64,000 nt of DNA from a virus: the IMG/VR virus record IMGVR_UViG_3300042520_003271, positions 22,913 through 86,912 of that record. The stretch is one strand, 5' to 3'. Shown one piece after another: positions 1 to 11,351 of this stretch; within the stretch, counting starts at the first letter, position 1; every line of letters begins with the position of its first letter. Below the pieces are notes generated by a model. That model was given only the letters and a program-made list of their open reading frames with translations. It made no database searches and was not told where the DNA came from. The translations under genes and the position numbers were made by a program.

Positions 1-78
1 ATTCGAATTATAGTGCTTATTTCCATATTTAGTCATCCTTAGTCTACTTTAATTTTTGCACCGATTTATATACCATTC

Positions 79-1719
79 TTATGCATTATACAAAGGTAAT
101 TTGTAAACCGTACCGTTTACTCGTAGTCTAAAATATGCTGCTGGAGTAGCTGGAAGTGAAGAAGCACTACCAGAAGAGGCAGCGGATTCAACACCAGAGC
201 CATTAGGATTTCCGATAGGATATGCTGCACTGCCTATAGAGAACTCATAGTCAGCACCAGATGTGGCATCTACTCCCATGACGAAAGCATATTTATGGGT
301 CGAGCTAGCGCCAGTCCCGATTACAGTCGAGTACAATCCGAATCTCGAGTCTGAATTCGCACCTATGGCAATACTGCTAGTGTTTGATGTGGCCCCTGCA
401 CCTATGGCTATGCCGCCGTCGACAGCTGACGTTGGGTCATCGGCGACCGCCGCAGCATGTCCTATAGCTATGCTGTTGGTATTCGAATAACTGCCGTAGC
501 CTATGCTGGTGCATAATAGTGCGTTAGCTTTCGCGCCAGCACCTATAGCGATAGATTTCTCTCCGACTGTGCATGATGCACCAACGCCAACCCCGTCCGT
601 GCTTAGATGGCTTATGCTCGAGGCGCTATCGCCTACGATTACATTACCACTGTTGCCAGCCTTGGCCTCGTTTCCTATGATAATATTACGCACCGACACA
701 TTATAAGTATTATCGTTTTGTACATTAGTGCCAATCGCGACAGTATAAGTAATAGTATGGGCTGTATCCATCGCATTATAACCAACGATCACATTATCAT
801 TAGGCTGAGAGACAAATTTTGCTGCATTTACACCAATAACAACATTTCTGAGTGTGTTAGCTGTACTTGAATATAGTGAATAATTCCCGATCGATACATT
901 GTCAAAGGCCGTTACTGAGGTTTTAAGACTGGTTAAGGCATTAGTACCGATACTTATGTTCCGTTGGTTCGCCGAACCAGTATAGGCGGTGGTAGGGCCA
1001 ATGACGATATTTCCATTCTCCAATAACTTCGAACTACTATCTAAAACCATCTGAGATTTAAGACTTGTTCCAAGAGGATCAGTGCTAGATCCAGACCCAA
1101 CCAAGGTGAAGTCGTGACTTATGTCTCCTGCCGCGCCAGTAACTGGCACATTTATAGCGCTAGTTATGCGTCCGTAACTATCGACAGATATAACAGGTAT
1201 TTTAGATCCAGATCCGTAAGACCCAGCCAAAACGCCAGTTGCTGGTAAATTAATCTTTATTGTGCCGTCTGTTGTAACTGGCGACCCAACTATTTCAAGG
1301 GTCGTGGACTCTACAGTGATCGATTTTACAGTACCGCCGATATTAATCGGGACTAATTGTACATTTGTTAGTCGGCCATATTTATCAACGCTTACGACAG
1401 GGACTTGCCCGCCAGATCCATATGTTCCTGGCGCTACACCAGTATTCTGTAAATCGATAGTAACTGTGCCTGATTTAGTAACTGGTGCTCCAGACACTGC
1501 CAAAGATACAGACTTTACGTCTATTGATGTAACTGTGCCGCCAAACGAAGAATTATTGACCAGTTGGATATAAGTCGCTCTTGAATCGCCATTATCACCG
1601 CCGGCATAATATAAGGAATTATCGGGCTCAGAATAAACTAATGCGCCAGATGGGAATAAATTTGGTCTTAGACCTACTGGCGGTACCACTTTTAATCTGA
1701 TAATTGTGCTTAATTCCAT
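79..1719 (-). CDS. Tail fibre/adhesin-like protein (fibre repeats plus YadA-head-like repeats)
   Basis: 546-aa ORF with two GV.(P/A)G.YGS...PV.SVD.YGR.T fibre repeats and many SIAIG..A repeats typical of YadA/Hep_Hag beta-rolls. Confidence 0.7.
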   Translation of the reverse strand: MELSTIIRLKVVPPVGLRPNLFPSGALVYSEPDNSLYYAGGDNGDSRATYIQLVNNSSFGGTVTSIDVKSVSLAVSGAPVTKSGTVTIDLQNTGVAPGTYGSGGQVPVVSVDKYGRLTNVQLVPINIGGTVKSITVESTTLEIVGSPVTTDGTIKINLPATGVLAGSYGSGSKIPVISVDSYGRITSAINVPVTGAAGDISHDFTLVGSGSSTDPLGTSLKSQMVLDSSSKLLENGNIVIGPTTAYTGSANQRNISIGTNALTSLKTSVTAFDNVSIGNYSLYSSTANTLRNVVIGVNAAKFVSQPNDNVIVGYNAMDTAHTITYTVAIGTNVQNDNTYNVSVRNIIIGNEAKAGNSGNVIVGDSASSISHLSTDGVGVGASCTVGEKSIAIGAGAKANALLCTSIGYGSYSNTNSIAIGHAAAVADDPTSAVDGGIAIGAGATSNTSSIAIGANSDSRFGLYSTVIGTGASSTHKYAFVMGVDATSGADYEFSIGSAAYPIGNPNGSGVESAASSGSASSLPATPAAYFRLRVNGTVYKLPLYNA

Positions 1720-1726
1720 ATTTCAC

Positions 1727-4384
1727 CTAAATGTTGTAAAGTGGCAATTTATATTTTGTCCCGTTTATAGCAGTAGAAAGGTAAGCTGCAGGAGTACTGG
1801 GCAAACTCGATGCAGAGCCTGAATTAGCAAAATTTTCAGTACCTGTTCCGTCAGAATTCCCGAGAAGCTTACCGCCAGCGCCGCCAATAGAGAATAAGTT
1901 AGGGATCACTAAACCATCGGCTGCTAAGCATATTCTGTTAAACATTGCGCCAGCGCCAGCTAAAGTAGGCATGATCACAAGTGCGCCTGGTGTGAATCCG
2001 GTGCAAAGCGTGTTTGAACTTCCGAGTACGGTTAATGATGTGAATCGTGCTGGCTCCAAAGCCTGCGCCTTTCCTGTAAAGGTATTTGTGGGGCTTGTGC
2101 CTGCAAAGAAAGCACCGTCATCGCCTCTTCCTATAGCGTAGACTGTGCCGTTATTCATTTTAAAATAAACATCGTATTCATTTATGACTAAGCATTGGGT
2201 CGGTAATACAAAGTAAGGTGGTGTTGCTGTCGGCGTGATGATATCTAGTTTTGTATAAGATAATGAATTAAAGTATGGAAATATCTTGCCAGTCATAAAA
2301 GCATTTCCGACGGCTGTAACCACCACTGCACATTCATAGCCACAGGATATCGACACTATGCTAGATGTATCATATTCTGGAGTGCCTCCAAGGATCACTT
2401 TAATAAATAGAGGTACTATCTGTGGGGTGTTGTAATTTGTAGTATTCCCCAAGCCGAGCTGCCCGACATCATTTTTTCCAAATGCTATTAAACGATTATC
2501 GCTTCTAACAGCCATTATAAAGGACTTTCCGCATTTGACCTTTGTATAAGTAGACGATCCGACAAGGGCGAAAGTGTTAGTAGAGCCACCTGTTGTGCCA
2601 TTACCTAATTGACCAAATGTATTATCGCCCATCGTGTAAAGACTATTGCCTTTGATTCCAGCCCAAGTCGTCTTCCCAGTAGCGTAATCGCGCGCCGCTG
2701 AGATTGCTGTCCAAGCCCCAGTAGCGTTGGAGTCTATTAGAACTAAAGTATTACTTTTTGTCGCTGGATTAATCTGTCCACAACCATACAATGACCCGTC
2801 TGTTAGAATTACATAAGTTCCATTGGCATATGCACACACCTCTCTTATTCTTACACCTAAATCCCAGCCAGGATAAGTCCATGGTATAAGCGTATATGTA
2901 TACCTTGGTGTAGTATCGCCAAGCCCCAATTGACCAGCCTCATTATCACCGCAAACATATATCCTGTCTAATTCGACAGGGCTAGCATTGCTAGCTGGCT
3001 TTACCAATGCTACATTATGAGTCTGGCCGCCAGCCAACATGGAAACGTTATCTCCCACACTATAATCAGCGACAGGAATTATCGAAGCAGATACACCAAA
3101 CGGATAGACTTTAAGCGGTGATTCTGGTGGTCCGACGCCGAACTTACCGCTACCATATCCACCAGAAAAGGCAGCTCCCAGCGACCCAACGCCAGGCAAA
3201 TTATTATTGTTAGGTGTCAAAAAAGAACCAGATTTATATCCTATCGAAACGCCATTAGATGAGCCTGTAGAATAAACGCCTATAGCTATGCATCCGGCCG
3301 GTTTGCCTGTGGTGACTATGAAAGGTTTAATTATCCCAGCGCCACTTCCTAATATAACATGGTTAGTTCCATCTACTCGGTCTCTATAGAAGCTAGTAGG
3401 TGTAGCATCATTGCCAATATAAACAGACGATTCAAGTCCGTTCATTTGTAGTGAGCTATATGGCATAGTGTTAGACTGAAGGATAACTGTAGATGTTTTA
3501 AATATAAAATTAACAGGATAAGTGATTAAGGTAGTTATCGGATTTCCGATTAGTATTGATTGCACCATTCTTATGCTAATGTTTGATATCTTATTCCTAG
3601 GATGACCGCTCCATGTCTGGCCGATTATAATACCAGAGTAATCTGGTGTACCACCAAGGTTCGGATATCCTCCGATGCAAATTGAGTCACTTTGTGCGCT
3701 ACCGCCTGGTGTGTTTAGATCTTGAATATTACTTATAACGATCGATTTGGTGCCTGAATTGTTATAGATGCCGCTACCGAGCATAATATTATTAGAATTA
3801 CTTGGAAGATTATTCCCACCAACCGGAACGCTATAGCCAATGCTTATCGAATTATCATTTATAGATTTAGATACTGCATAACTACCTAAAGCGACACACT
3901 GCCTAGAATAAGCATCTTCCATCGCTCTTTGACCGACAGCGACATTGTTTTCGTTTATAGCATTGTTACTATTGCTCTTAACGCCGATGCTCATCGACCC
4001 AGATGCTTTGTCGTACATCCAACTGCTGGATGAATATAATGATTTTCCGTAGTTTCCGATAAAACCAGAAATATTTTCTTCTTCGTCTTGATCAGGATTA
4101 TAATTTTCAAGACTTGTGTATAAAGGGCTCGATAGATTATTCTGACCTTTTATGGTAAAGTCTGTTATGACTGGAGGTATTACAATTCCTGTCGTAGCTC
4201 CAGCAAAAGTCACAAAGCCCTTGGTATTTATTCTTAAAGTCGGCACTGTGCCGATCGATCCAAAGGTGCCAGAATTAACACCAGAGCATTTGAGGTCGAG
4301 TTGGTAATATGGATTGTCAGGGTCCTTTTGCGGTGGCGACACAAAGTTGATAGTTTTTAGATTGTATACAATATTATTGTTCAT
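1727..4384 (-). CDS. Tail fibre-like protein with beta-roll repeats and RCC1 repeats
   Basis: 885 aa; RCC1 motifs CGDNEAGQLGLG, MGDNTFGQLGNG, FGKNDVGQLGLG; C-terminus shared with ORF 79-1719. Confidence 0.7.
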   Translation of the reverse strand: MNNNIVYNLKTINFVSPPQKDPDNPYYQLDLKCSGVNSGTFGSIGTVPTLRINTKGFVTFAGATTGIVIPPVITDFTIKGQNNLSSPLYTSLENYNPDQDEEENISGFIGNYGKSLYSSSSWMYDKASGSMSIGVKSNSNNAINENNVAVGQRAMEDAYSRQCVALGSYAVSKSINDNSISIGYSVPVGGNNLPSNSNNIMLGSGIYNNSGTKSIVISNIQDLNTPGGSAQSDSICIGGYPNLGGTPDYSGIIIGQTWSGHPRNKISNISIRMVQSILIGNPITTLITYPVNFIFKTSTVILQSNTMPYSSLQMNGLESSVYIGNDATPTSFYRDRVDGTNHVILGSGAGIIKPFIVTTGKPAGCIAIGVYSTGSSNGVSIGYKSGSFLTPNNNNLPGVGSLGAAFSGGYGSGKFGVGPPESPLKVYPFGVSASIIPVADYSVGDNVSMLAGGQTHNVALVKPASNASPVELDRIYVCGDNEAGQLGLGDTTPRYTYTLIPWTYPGWDLGVRIREVCAYANGTYVILTDGSLYGCGQINPATKSNTLVLIDSNATGAWTAISAARDYATGKTTWAGIKGNSLYTMGDNTFGQLGNGTTGGSTNTFALVGSSTYTKVKCGKSFIMAVRSDNRLIAFGKNDVGQLGLGNTTNYNTPQIVPLFIKVILGGTPEYDTSSIVSISCGYECAVVVTAVGNAFMTGKIFPYFNSLSYTKLDIITPTATPPYFVLPTQCLVINEYDVYFKMNNGTVYAIGRGDDGAFFAGTSPTNTFTGKAQALEPARFTSLTVLGSSNTLCTGFTPGALVIMPTLAGAGAMFNRICLAADGLVIPNLFSIGGAGGKLLGNSDGTGTENFANSGSASSLPSTPAAYLSTAINGTKYKLPLYNI

Positions 4385-4392
4385 TTTTTGCT

Positions 4393-7300
4393 CTATAAGA
4401 CCGTTATACCTGTAGCATCTGTAGCCTGTGTGTCAAGTGCTATTTTTCCTATCACGTATCTCGTCATACCATTGGGCGTACCATTATTATCTCTTAGTAT
4501 CTCGATGTAACTTAGTTCGAACGCGCTGACTGTTTGCGTTGCAGTAGTATAGGTGATTGGCCCCATGATAGTATAAATCGCATCATTATTTCTGCCATTG
4601 AATGCTAAGCTACTACCGGCCCAACACATCCTTATCGTGCTTATACCTTGGCGCCCGACACCAGGGTCAGGTAATGGTATTACCCCTAACGAAATCGGTA
4701 TAATGTCTGCAAAAGGCCCAGCTGAATTATCGGTCTTAATATAATAAACGTACAATATGTTGCTAGGTAGCGGAGGGTAGCCAACCCAAGCACCACCGAT
4801 GGCAAACATTTGGCCGCTCGGACTAACTGTAATGTTATCGAAAGGCAAGTTAGCAAAATCAGCACCAATTTTTGTGATGCCGCCGCCAGCTGGTTTGGTC
4901 ATAAAATAAAAAGGAAGCGTTCTTATCGTAGGATAATCAACAACGGCTCTATATGAATTCTGGCCGACCATGCAATAGGGGCCAACCATATTATAATCGC
5001 TTGACGTATCGCCTAGCGATGTCCATGCGCCCGTTGTCGTATTAATAGTACCTACTTGTCGCTTAATATTATTAATGTCTGGGAATGAAATAGCATACAG
5101 AGTACCATTATAAGCTGATATCTGTCCGAATCTATTATAAGGCAGATTAACGTTAGATATGCTTAAAGTGGCTGCCGTTTGTTCATTTATTCTTCTCAAT
5201 TGTGATTGACCTGACACAAAAGTAGTGCCGATCACTAAATTCGTTCCAACTGGTAATCTTGGATATACTAATGGTGTAGGTGTTACTGGTGTTGGCGTTG
5301 GTGGGCAATATATTCTATCATATACTAAAATATCGCCTGTTGCTCCGGCGCCGCTGAGCACATAGAGCGTTGTATTAGCAGAGTTAATACTGATCTCATT
5401 TCCGTATACCACACTTAATAGTGTTTGCCCAGTCCAAGCAATGTTACCAGTAGATGGATATATGATGTATTCATAGAGCCTATTAAATTGAAAATCAGCA
5501 ATATACAAAGAATTATCGACTGTTGCGAGTATACCATTGGTGCGCGTCCCAGCAAGCCCGACGGACGTGCTTGGTGTCGACGCATAATTAATATCACCGC
5601 TAGAGGTATCTCTTGTAAAGGCCGATATTAAGCTATTACCTATGCCAGAAACGAAGATATATTTTTCAGAACAGGCAAATGTAGCTTGGCGAGGGTTTAA
5701 ACTTGCAACATTTAACTCTCGAATTAAAGTCAGAGCTCCATTGCTAGCAGTCCTGCTGAATGCTTTAATCTTAGCAGCGGTAGCTGATACATGATATAAA
5801 AATTTTCCATCGCTAGAACCGAGCATGTAACAGACTTCTCCGACAATAGGAGTCGATAAAATAACGCTTGTCTTATCTGGTATACCGGTGCTTCCTGAAA
5901 TCTTCACAATCCTTATAGCATTAGCCATAGATACGTAAAGATATGCATCGTCTGGTGAAACGTATATTCTCGCACCATTAAAAGCGTTGTTAAATCTAGT
6001 GTCTGTATCAAGCAATAATAGTAAAGCTGTACTGCCAGAATCTCTTTTGAATGTGATTAAACCGCTCTGTGTTATTATATAAATGAAGTTTTGAGAAGAA
6101 GTCATTGCTATATCATGAGGGTTTAAGGCAGCTAGGTATGAAGCATCGAAGCTTAATGAACCATCTGAATTTATAACAAACACAGATATAGAGTTAGATC
6201 CAATGTCAGCTGTGCACAGGATCTTGGTACCATATTTTTCTGATATAATCATAGCTATATGGCTACCGCCAGCAGAAGCTGTTTGTCTTAGCGTTAATTT
6301 ACCACATTGGACGATAGGTGTCGGCGTTGGCGTTGGCGTTGGCGTTGGCGTTGGCGTCGGTGTTGGAACTGGCACGCAGGTAATTTTGGCATACCTTATA
6401 TCGCTTGTATCAGTAATAAGGTAATTGCCGTTGACATTATCCCAGCTGGCCGGATCACCTTTAAATGACGGTATATTAATTGTGATGGTGTCACCGGCTG
6501 TAAACTTTTTCAAGCTTACGACAGGGAGGTTACTGTCTAACGTTGGCTGGCCGTTATTTAAAAAAGCGATGGAAAAAACACCAGAGCCAAGGTTATTTAA
6601 AGTTATCGAATATAGCGTTGTGCCGCTTGCAGCATAGCCATTGAATCCAGCACCATTGCTTGAAAGAATAGTATCACCAGTATATAGCGGAATTGTTATT
6701 TTTCCGATCGTAGAACTCCAACCAGAAAAGCAATCTGATCTGCGTGACGCTACGCTACAAAATATGTAAGGGTCATTGAACCCAAATGCCTCGACCGCCC
6801 CCGCGATATTTGGTATTTTAGTAAAATTATAAACGCTTTTATTCATATAATCAGCTAGGCCAGGAGGAAGAAACCCAGAAGCATATGCTGTCCCATCATT
6901 TTTTATAACTATGCTAAAGTCATCGCCAGCATGGACGGTTTTCCAATCTCTGTCAGTGCTTAATTGTATAAATTTATTAGAATCTAACCTTGAGTTGTTT
7001 CCGAGCTGGCCACTATTATTTCGGCCAGTACCGACCAAAAGACCGCCAGGAAGGATAGCTAAGGTATGGTTTCTGCCAGCTGATACTACTAAAGAATTAT
7101 CAAGAGCCTTTATATAAAAATTACTTACTGGTGTAATAGTGTTGCCTGTACCGCACTGACCGGAACTGTTGTCGCCGTATGCCGTCCAAGTCGTACCCCC
7201 AGCAATTGGATCCTTAGTCACTTTGAAGTAAGAGTCGTAGCCACTATATGCATATTTTGGGATCTCATCGATCGTATAAAGCGTTGAAGCCTCTTCCTCC

Positions 7301-9381
7301 ATGGTCATACTAGTCGGCGCGGTTCCTGGTCTGACGTCGATATTATAAATCGCTTGATAAACCGCACGATCAGAAGTGAAAGCCCTGAGTATTGGATACG
7401 GTTCAGTCGAGTTAGTACCTTGAAATTTAGTACATCTTACATCTATAAAGTTAGTAGGCGACGGATTTACTTCAATCAATCCTAGGCTGGTTTGTTTTTT
7501 AAAACTTGTAATCCTTTTTAGACCTGTGCCTTTTGAAGTATAAATATCACCTACCCATAGTGTACCATCAGTTTTAACGGCAGCTATAATACCATGGCCT
7601 GTCGCGACTTTTTTCCAAGCATATGTGTCAAATGGCTGTTTATATTTCGTAACCTTTTTGACATCATCGAGAGTAGCTCGGAATAAAGGAGCTAAGCCAG
7701 CACATTCAGGATTAGCGCCAGTAGTATAAATATTATTACCACTAAGATCTATCATACATGTAACGCCAGAGAGAAACGGGCCACCATAGAATGGATAGCC
7801 ATCACCTGATGACCAATATTCGACATCAGATGCTTGCTCGACATAACCGCCACGATATGCTCTAATTAAATAGCGTTTAGGATCAGTTAGCGTCGGTGTA
7901 GGCGTATTTGGCGAGCAGTTCTGCCTAGAAAACATCGTGATCGAATCTTTATATTCATTAGGCACATAAATATTTAAGCCATCATAGCTTATACATAGAT
8001 TAAAACCGCCTCTGGTGGCGATTAAACCGACAGCTGATAACGAGCCAGTGGTTATGTTGCGCTTGAAAATGCTTATGCTATTGCTTATACTTATCACATA
8101 GGCGCTAGTCCCATCGGCGCTAATTACGATACCGCAAGGCTCATTAGATGCTATAGTATCTCTTTTTGTTAGAAGGCCAGTTGTGGTGCTGCGATCATAG
8201 CATATTATAGTATTGTTATCGATCGCAGCGGCGGTGCCGCGGAAAGTGACGTAAACGTTTTTACCATTTGGGCTTATGGCGATGCCATTTCCTATACCAG
8301 TTGAAATGGTACTAGCTAGAGTGAGTAAACCAGATGAAATATTGCGTCCAAATATCGACAGCGTGCGCGATGAGCCACCGACGCTAAGAACATATGCATT
8401 CTTGTCGTCGGGACTTATGGCTATATAATATGGTTCGTTCCCTGCTGCTATAGCGCCAATTGATGCTAATAAGCCAGTAGCATTGTCTCTACTATACATA
8501 TAAACAGTATCATCTACTTGGTTTGTAACATAGACATTTTTACCGTCTGTAGATGAACTTATAGCTGTCGGCTGCAGCCCAGTCACTACTGTTCCTAGTG
8601 ATGTCAATGATCCAGTTGCCGTATCGCGCCTAAACATTTGAACTATGCATGAAGTATCACTTATTGTGCTGGCAATATATATGTTTCTACTGTCAGAGGT
8701 AATGCAAATAGCAGACGGATATCCTGTAACGATAATAGTGTCCAATACAGCCAATAAGCCGGTACCTGGTTTACGCTCATAAATTGTGATGATACCAGTG
8801 TTCGTGACATATATGAACTTATCGTCAGGGCTAATGCAAATACCGTGCGGAAAAGCACCGGTCAATATAAAACCTAAATCTGTAAGTTCATCGCATTGAA
8901 CCGGCGGAGGTGTTGCTGGCGGCGGGCAAGTCGGTAATTGTGTCGGGACACCGTATATTTCTAAGTCATCAGAGTCCATTTCCATCAGCGTTACTGTGCC
9001 GCCGGCTGTAGTATTCTGTACTTCACTGATTCTTGTAACAAATCCAAGTGAATTTGCTGTGATGATTGGGATTGTGGTTGATGAACCGTACTGTCCGACT
9101 ACAGCTTTATTTTCGATAAGATCTATCTTGATCGTGCCGGTTCTTGTTATTGGTCCGCCGCTTAATACGAGTGTGTTCGTGTCAAAGTTAAAACCATTTA
9201 CACTTCCAGCGCCAATGTTTATTTTACTGATGTAAGTGGCTCTGTTGTAGCCATTATTGCCGCCAGCGTAGAAGAGAAAAGCGTCATCTTCAAAGAAAAA
9301 GATAGTTCCAGAATAAAACTTATTTGGAGCTAGATTTGTCGGTACTGGGCCTTGCAGCCTTAATATAGTTCCAATATCCAT
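4393..9381 (-). CDS. Large virion fibre/adhesin with lactonase-type beta-propellers, RCC1 repeats and PT linkers
   Basis: 1662 aa; P.GI.ISPDGKNVYVT repeats, GDNSSGQCGTG and GRNNSGQLGN RCC1 motifs, PTPT linkers; N-terminus shared with ORF 79-1719. Confidence 0.75.
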   Translation of the reverse strand: MDIGTILRLQGPVPTNLAPNKFYSGTIFFFEDDAFLFYAGGNNGYNRATYISKINIGAGSVNGFNFDTNTLVLSGGPITRTGTIKIDLIENKAVVGQYGSSTTIPIITANSLGFVTRISEVQNTTAGGTVTLMEMDSDDLEIYGVPTQLPTCPPPATPPPVQCDELTDLGFILTGAFPHGICISPDDKFIYVTNTGIITIYERKPGTGLLAVLDTIIVTGYPSAICITSDSRNIYIASTISDTSCIVQMFRRDTATGSLTSLGTVVTGLQPTAISSSTDGKNVYVTNQVDDTVYMYSRDNATGLLASIGAIAAGNEPYYIAISPDDKNAYVLSVGGSSRTLSIFGRNISSGLLTLASTISTGIGNGIAISPNGKNVYVTFRGTAAAIDNNTIICYDRSTTTGLLTKRDTIASNEPCGIVISADGTSAYVISISNSISIFKRNITTGSLSAVGLIATRGGFNLCISYDGLNIYVPNEYKDSITMFSRQNCSPNTPTPTLTDPKRYLIRAYRGGYVEQASDVEYWSSGDGYPFYGGPFLSGVTCMIDLSGNNIYTTGANPECAGLAPLFRATLDDVKKVTKYKQPFDTYAWKKVATGHGIIAAVKTDGTLWVGDIYTSKGTGLKRITSFKKQTSLGLIEVNPSPTNFIDVRCTKFQGTNSTEPYPILRAFTSDRAVYQAIYNIDVRPGTAPTSMTMEEEASTLYTIDEIPKYAYSGYDSYFKVTKDPIAGGTTWTAYGDNSSGQCGTGNTITPVSNFYIKALDNSLVVSAGRNHTLAILPGGLLVGTGRNNSGQLGNNSRLDSNKFIQLSTDRDWKTVHAGDDFSIVIKNDGTAYASGFLPPGLADYMNKSVYNFTKIPNIAGAVEAFGFNDPYIFCSVASRRSDCFSGWSSTIGKITIPLYTGDTILSSNGAGFNGYAASGTTLYSITLNNLGSGVFSIAFLNNGQPTLDSNLPVVSLKKFTAGDTITINIPSFKGDPASWDNVNGNYLITDTSDIRYAKITCVPVPTPTPTPTPTPTPTPTPIVQCGKLTLRQTASAGGSHIAMIISEKYGTKILCTADIGSNSISVFVINSDGSLSFDASYLAALNPHDIAMTSSQNFIYIITQSGLITFKRDSGSTALLLLLDTDTRFNNAFNGARIYVSPDDAYLYVSMANAIRIVKISGSTGIPDKTSVILSTPIVGEVCYMLGSSDGKFLYHVSATAAKIKAFSRTASNGALTLIRELNVASLNPRQATFACSEKYIFVSGIGNSLISAFTRDTSSGDINYASTPSTSVGLAGTRTNGILATVDNSLYIADFQFNRLYEYIIYPSTGNIAWTGQTLLSVVYGNEISINSANTTLYVLSGAGATGDILVYDRIYCPPTPTPVTPTPLVYPRLPVGTNLVIGTTFVSGQSQLRRINEQTAATLSISNVNLPYNRFGQISAYNGTLYAISFPDINNIKRQVGTINTTTGAWTSLGDTSSDYNMVGPYCMVGQNSYRAVVDYPTIRTLPFYFMTKPAGGGITKIGADFANLPFDNITVSPSGQMFAIGGAWVGYPPLPSNILYVYYIKTDNSAGPFADIIPISLGVIPLPDPGVGRQGISTIRMCWAGSSLAFNGRNNDAIYTIMGPITYTTATQTVSAFELSYIEILRDNNGTPNGMTRYVIGKIALDTQATDATGITVL
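6317..6370. repeat. Hexamer microsatellite (GGCGTT)n encoding a Pro-Thr linker
   Basis: Tandem GGCGTT units seen directly. Confidence 0.9.
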
Positions 9382-9984
9382 TTAAGTTCCTAATATAGAA
9401 TCCAGTATATTTGTACTATTCGGAGCCATCATCTTCATTTCTTTGTCCATGCCTGCGAGTTTACAAAAATCGACTTGCTTGCGTGCCCATGGTGGAATTG
9501 GAGGCAGAATACCACCATAGCCCATAGCCGATGGCCCTTCCGATGGATTAACATAAGGATCGCCGCCGCCACCACTTGGACCAGGTTTAATCTCTGGATT
9601 GCAAAATTCGCGCTCTAGAACATCGCAGTCTTTTTCGACTACAATCGGATCAGTAATTTCACTAGCTATGCATCTCAACATGTTATACCAATCAGGTCTA
9701 TCTTCGCAAGGGCAACCAGCCATATAAGGGGGGAACACAAGCCAAGTTTGGTTGTACCCTAAATTAAAGTTCCAACCGAACTTTATATAGCTACCTGGGA
9801 TTTTGTCTAATATTAATTTAATTGGTACTTTTGGATGTTCACAACCATTAAGCGCTAATGAATAAGATAAAGCAGCGCTTGATATAGCAGAAGTCGGTTC
9901 GCATCCTGGAATGATAATGCTGTGGTCAGGAAGCACTTGCAATTGAAAGCATATTTCGATTGGTTCTTGGTCTACCATAGCCAC
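9382..9984 (-). CDS. Hypothetical Cys/Pro-rich protein, possibly structural
   Basis: 200-aa ORF coupled to both neighbours; no recognisable motif. Confidence 0.55.
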   Translation of the reverse strand: MAMVDQEPIEICFQLQVLPDHSIIIPGCEPTSAISSAALSYSLALNGCEHPKVPIKLILDKIPGSYIKFGWNFNLGYNQTWLVFPPYMAGCPCEDRPDWYNMLRCIASEITDPIVVEKDCDVLEREFCNPEIKPGPSGGGGDPYVNPSEGPSAMGYGGILPPIPPWARKQVDFCKLAGMDKEMKMMAPNSTNILDSILGT

Positions 9985-10754
9985 ACTCCATATGGTTCAC
10001 CGAGATCTATAGCAGATTTTATTATTTCTTCTTTCATTTTAATGCCCTCGTTCATTAGAGCATCGCCATCATATGATATAGTACCGCCATCTGGTGTTGG
10101 TAGACCAGAGATTTTTCTTCTTGCAGCACCTAACGAAGTCTTAGCTTCAGCAAGCATCATGTCATAACACAATTGTCTAGCTTGTGGGCTTCTAAAGCTA
10201 TTGACGACAGGGATGTATAAAACAGTCACTGGAAAAGCGCCTTTTGGCGTTGGATATAATCGTATTTTCTGATCTTTAGAACTTAAAGAATCACCCTGTG
10301 TAAACTTATTGTTTTCGTTAATCACTTCCCAGTGGCCTTCGGTGCCGAGTATTTTCTGAGAGAATTTTCTATATGCTTGAAGAAGGTGATAATCTAGAAG
10401 CATATTTTGAATACCAGACACTTGCCCGACATTAAATAAAAAGCTTTCAGCCCCAAACACATCGTTTATTCTAGTGGTAGCTGGATCCCAATGCACTTCT
10501 TGGACCCAGTAGGCGTCTTCTGGAAGAGGATATGTCGGTTGTAATGGGTTCGTCCAGAAAACAGCTAATTTTTGCTCTCTTGGAAAATAACTAGCTATAA
10601 AATCGCCAGCTACTCTCCATATGGTTTCGAATTGGTCTTCTTGTATCTCCACATCTACGTTTGGATATCCTAATTTAGTTAGGATATACTTTTTCATCGG
10701 TTCTGAACGAAGTTTTAATATAGAGGGTAGATCTGCTGGTCCAAATATAGCCAT
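9972..10754 (-). CDS. Neck/head-tail adaptor protein, T4 gp13-like
   Basis: KYILTKLGYPNVDVEI...Q, IRLYPTP and RRKISGLPTPDGGTISYDGDAL..EG match the gp13 family pattern. Confidence 0.8.
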   Translation of the reverse strand: MAIFGPADLPSILKLRSEPMKKYILTKLGYPNVDVEIQEDQFETIWRVAGDFIASYFPREQKLAVFWTNPLQPTYPLPEDAYWVQEVHWDPATTRINDVFGAESFLFNVGQVSGIQNMLLDYHLLQAYRKFSQKILGTEGHWEVINENNKFTQGDSLSSKDQKIRLYPTPKGAFPVTVLYIPVVNSFRSPQARQLCYDMMLAEAKTSLGAARRKISGLPTPDGGTISYDGDALMNEGIKMKEEIIKSAIDLGEPYGVWLW

Positions 10755-10756
10755 GT

Positions 10757-11287
10757 TTAATCAGGGAAGGTTAATCCCCTGTCCCCAAATACTAAGCCAT
10801 TGTATTCTAAACGAAATACACTATAAGGCACAGACGCAGGAAAAGCAGCATCGCAGGCGTCTCGCAATATCGACAGAATATCTGATACCTCTGAAGAGAC
10901 AGTATCTATTGGCATCACTTCATTTAAATGTGAAGCTGGGCCTGAGTATTTCTCATTTCCAGAAAATCGCATCACTTCTGGCTGGGTATATGCATTTTTA
11001 GCTTCCGATTTATAAAAACCTGACATTGTTAATTGCGCAGGTGATTGCCCAAATTGTGGTTTATATGCGGTACCGTTGGCGAAGGAGCTCAACGCTGACC
11101 CATTAGTTTGACTGTGTTGTTGACCACCGCTAGGCGACGATAGTTGGAATTTACCACCATCATAGTTCGGGATTTCTTCGAACAATGCTATCGATAGTTT
11201 TTGAGCATTTCTTATAATTTCGAATCTTTTTCCGTTTGCTAATGATGGCACAATTTTTATGAAGGCTGTAAATGGGACCCAGCGCAT
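10757..11287 (-). CDS. Hypothetical protein, probably virion-associated
   Basis: 176-aa ORF with a strong AAGGAG RBS, upstream of the neck gene. Confidence 0.6.
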   Translation of the reverse strand: MRWVPFTAFIKIVPSLANGKRFEIIRNAQKLSIALFEEIPNYDGGKFQLSSPSGGQQHSQTNGSALSSFANGTAYKPQFGQSPAQLTMSGFYKSEAKNAYTQPEVMRFSGNEKYSGPASHLNEVMPIDTVSSEVSDILSILRDACDAAFPASVPYSVFRLEYNGLVFGDRGLTFPD

Positions 11288-11351
11288 AGTCTGTCTCCTT
11301 GAGTTATATAATATATTTGTGGCTTGATTTATATTCGGATATGGTCTATAT

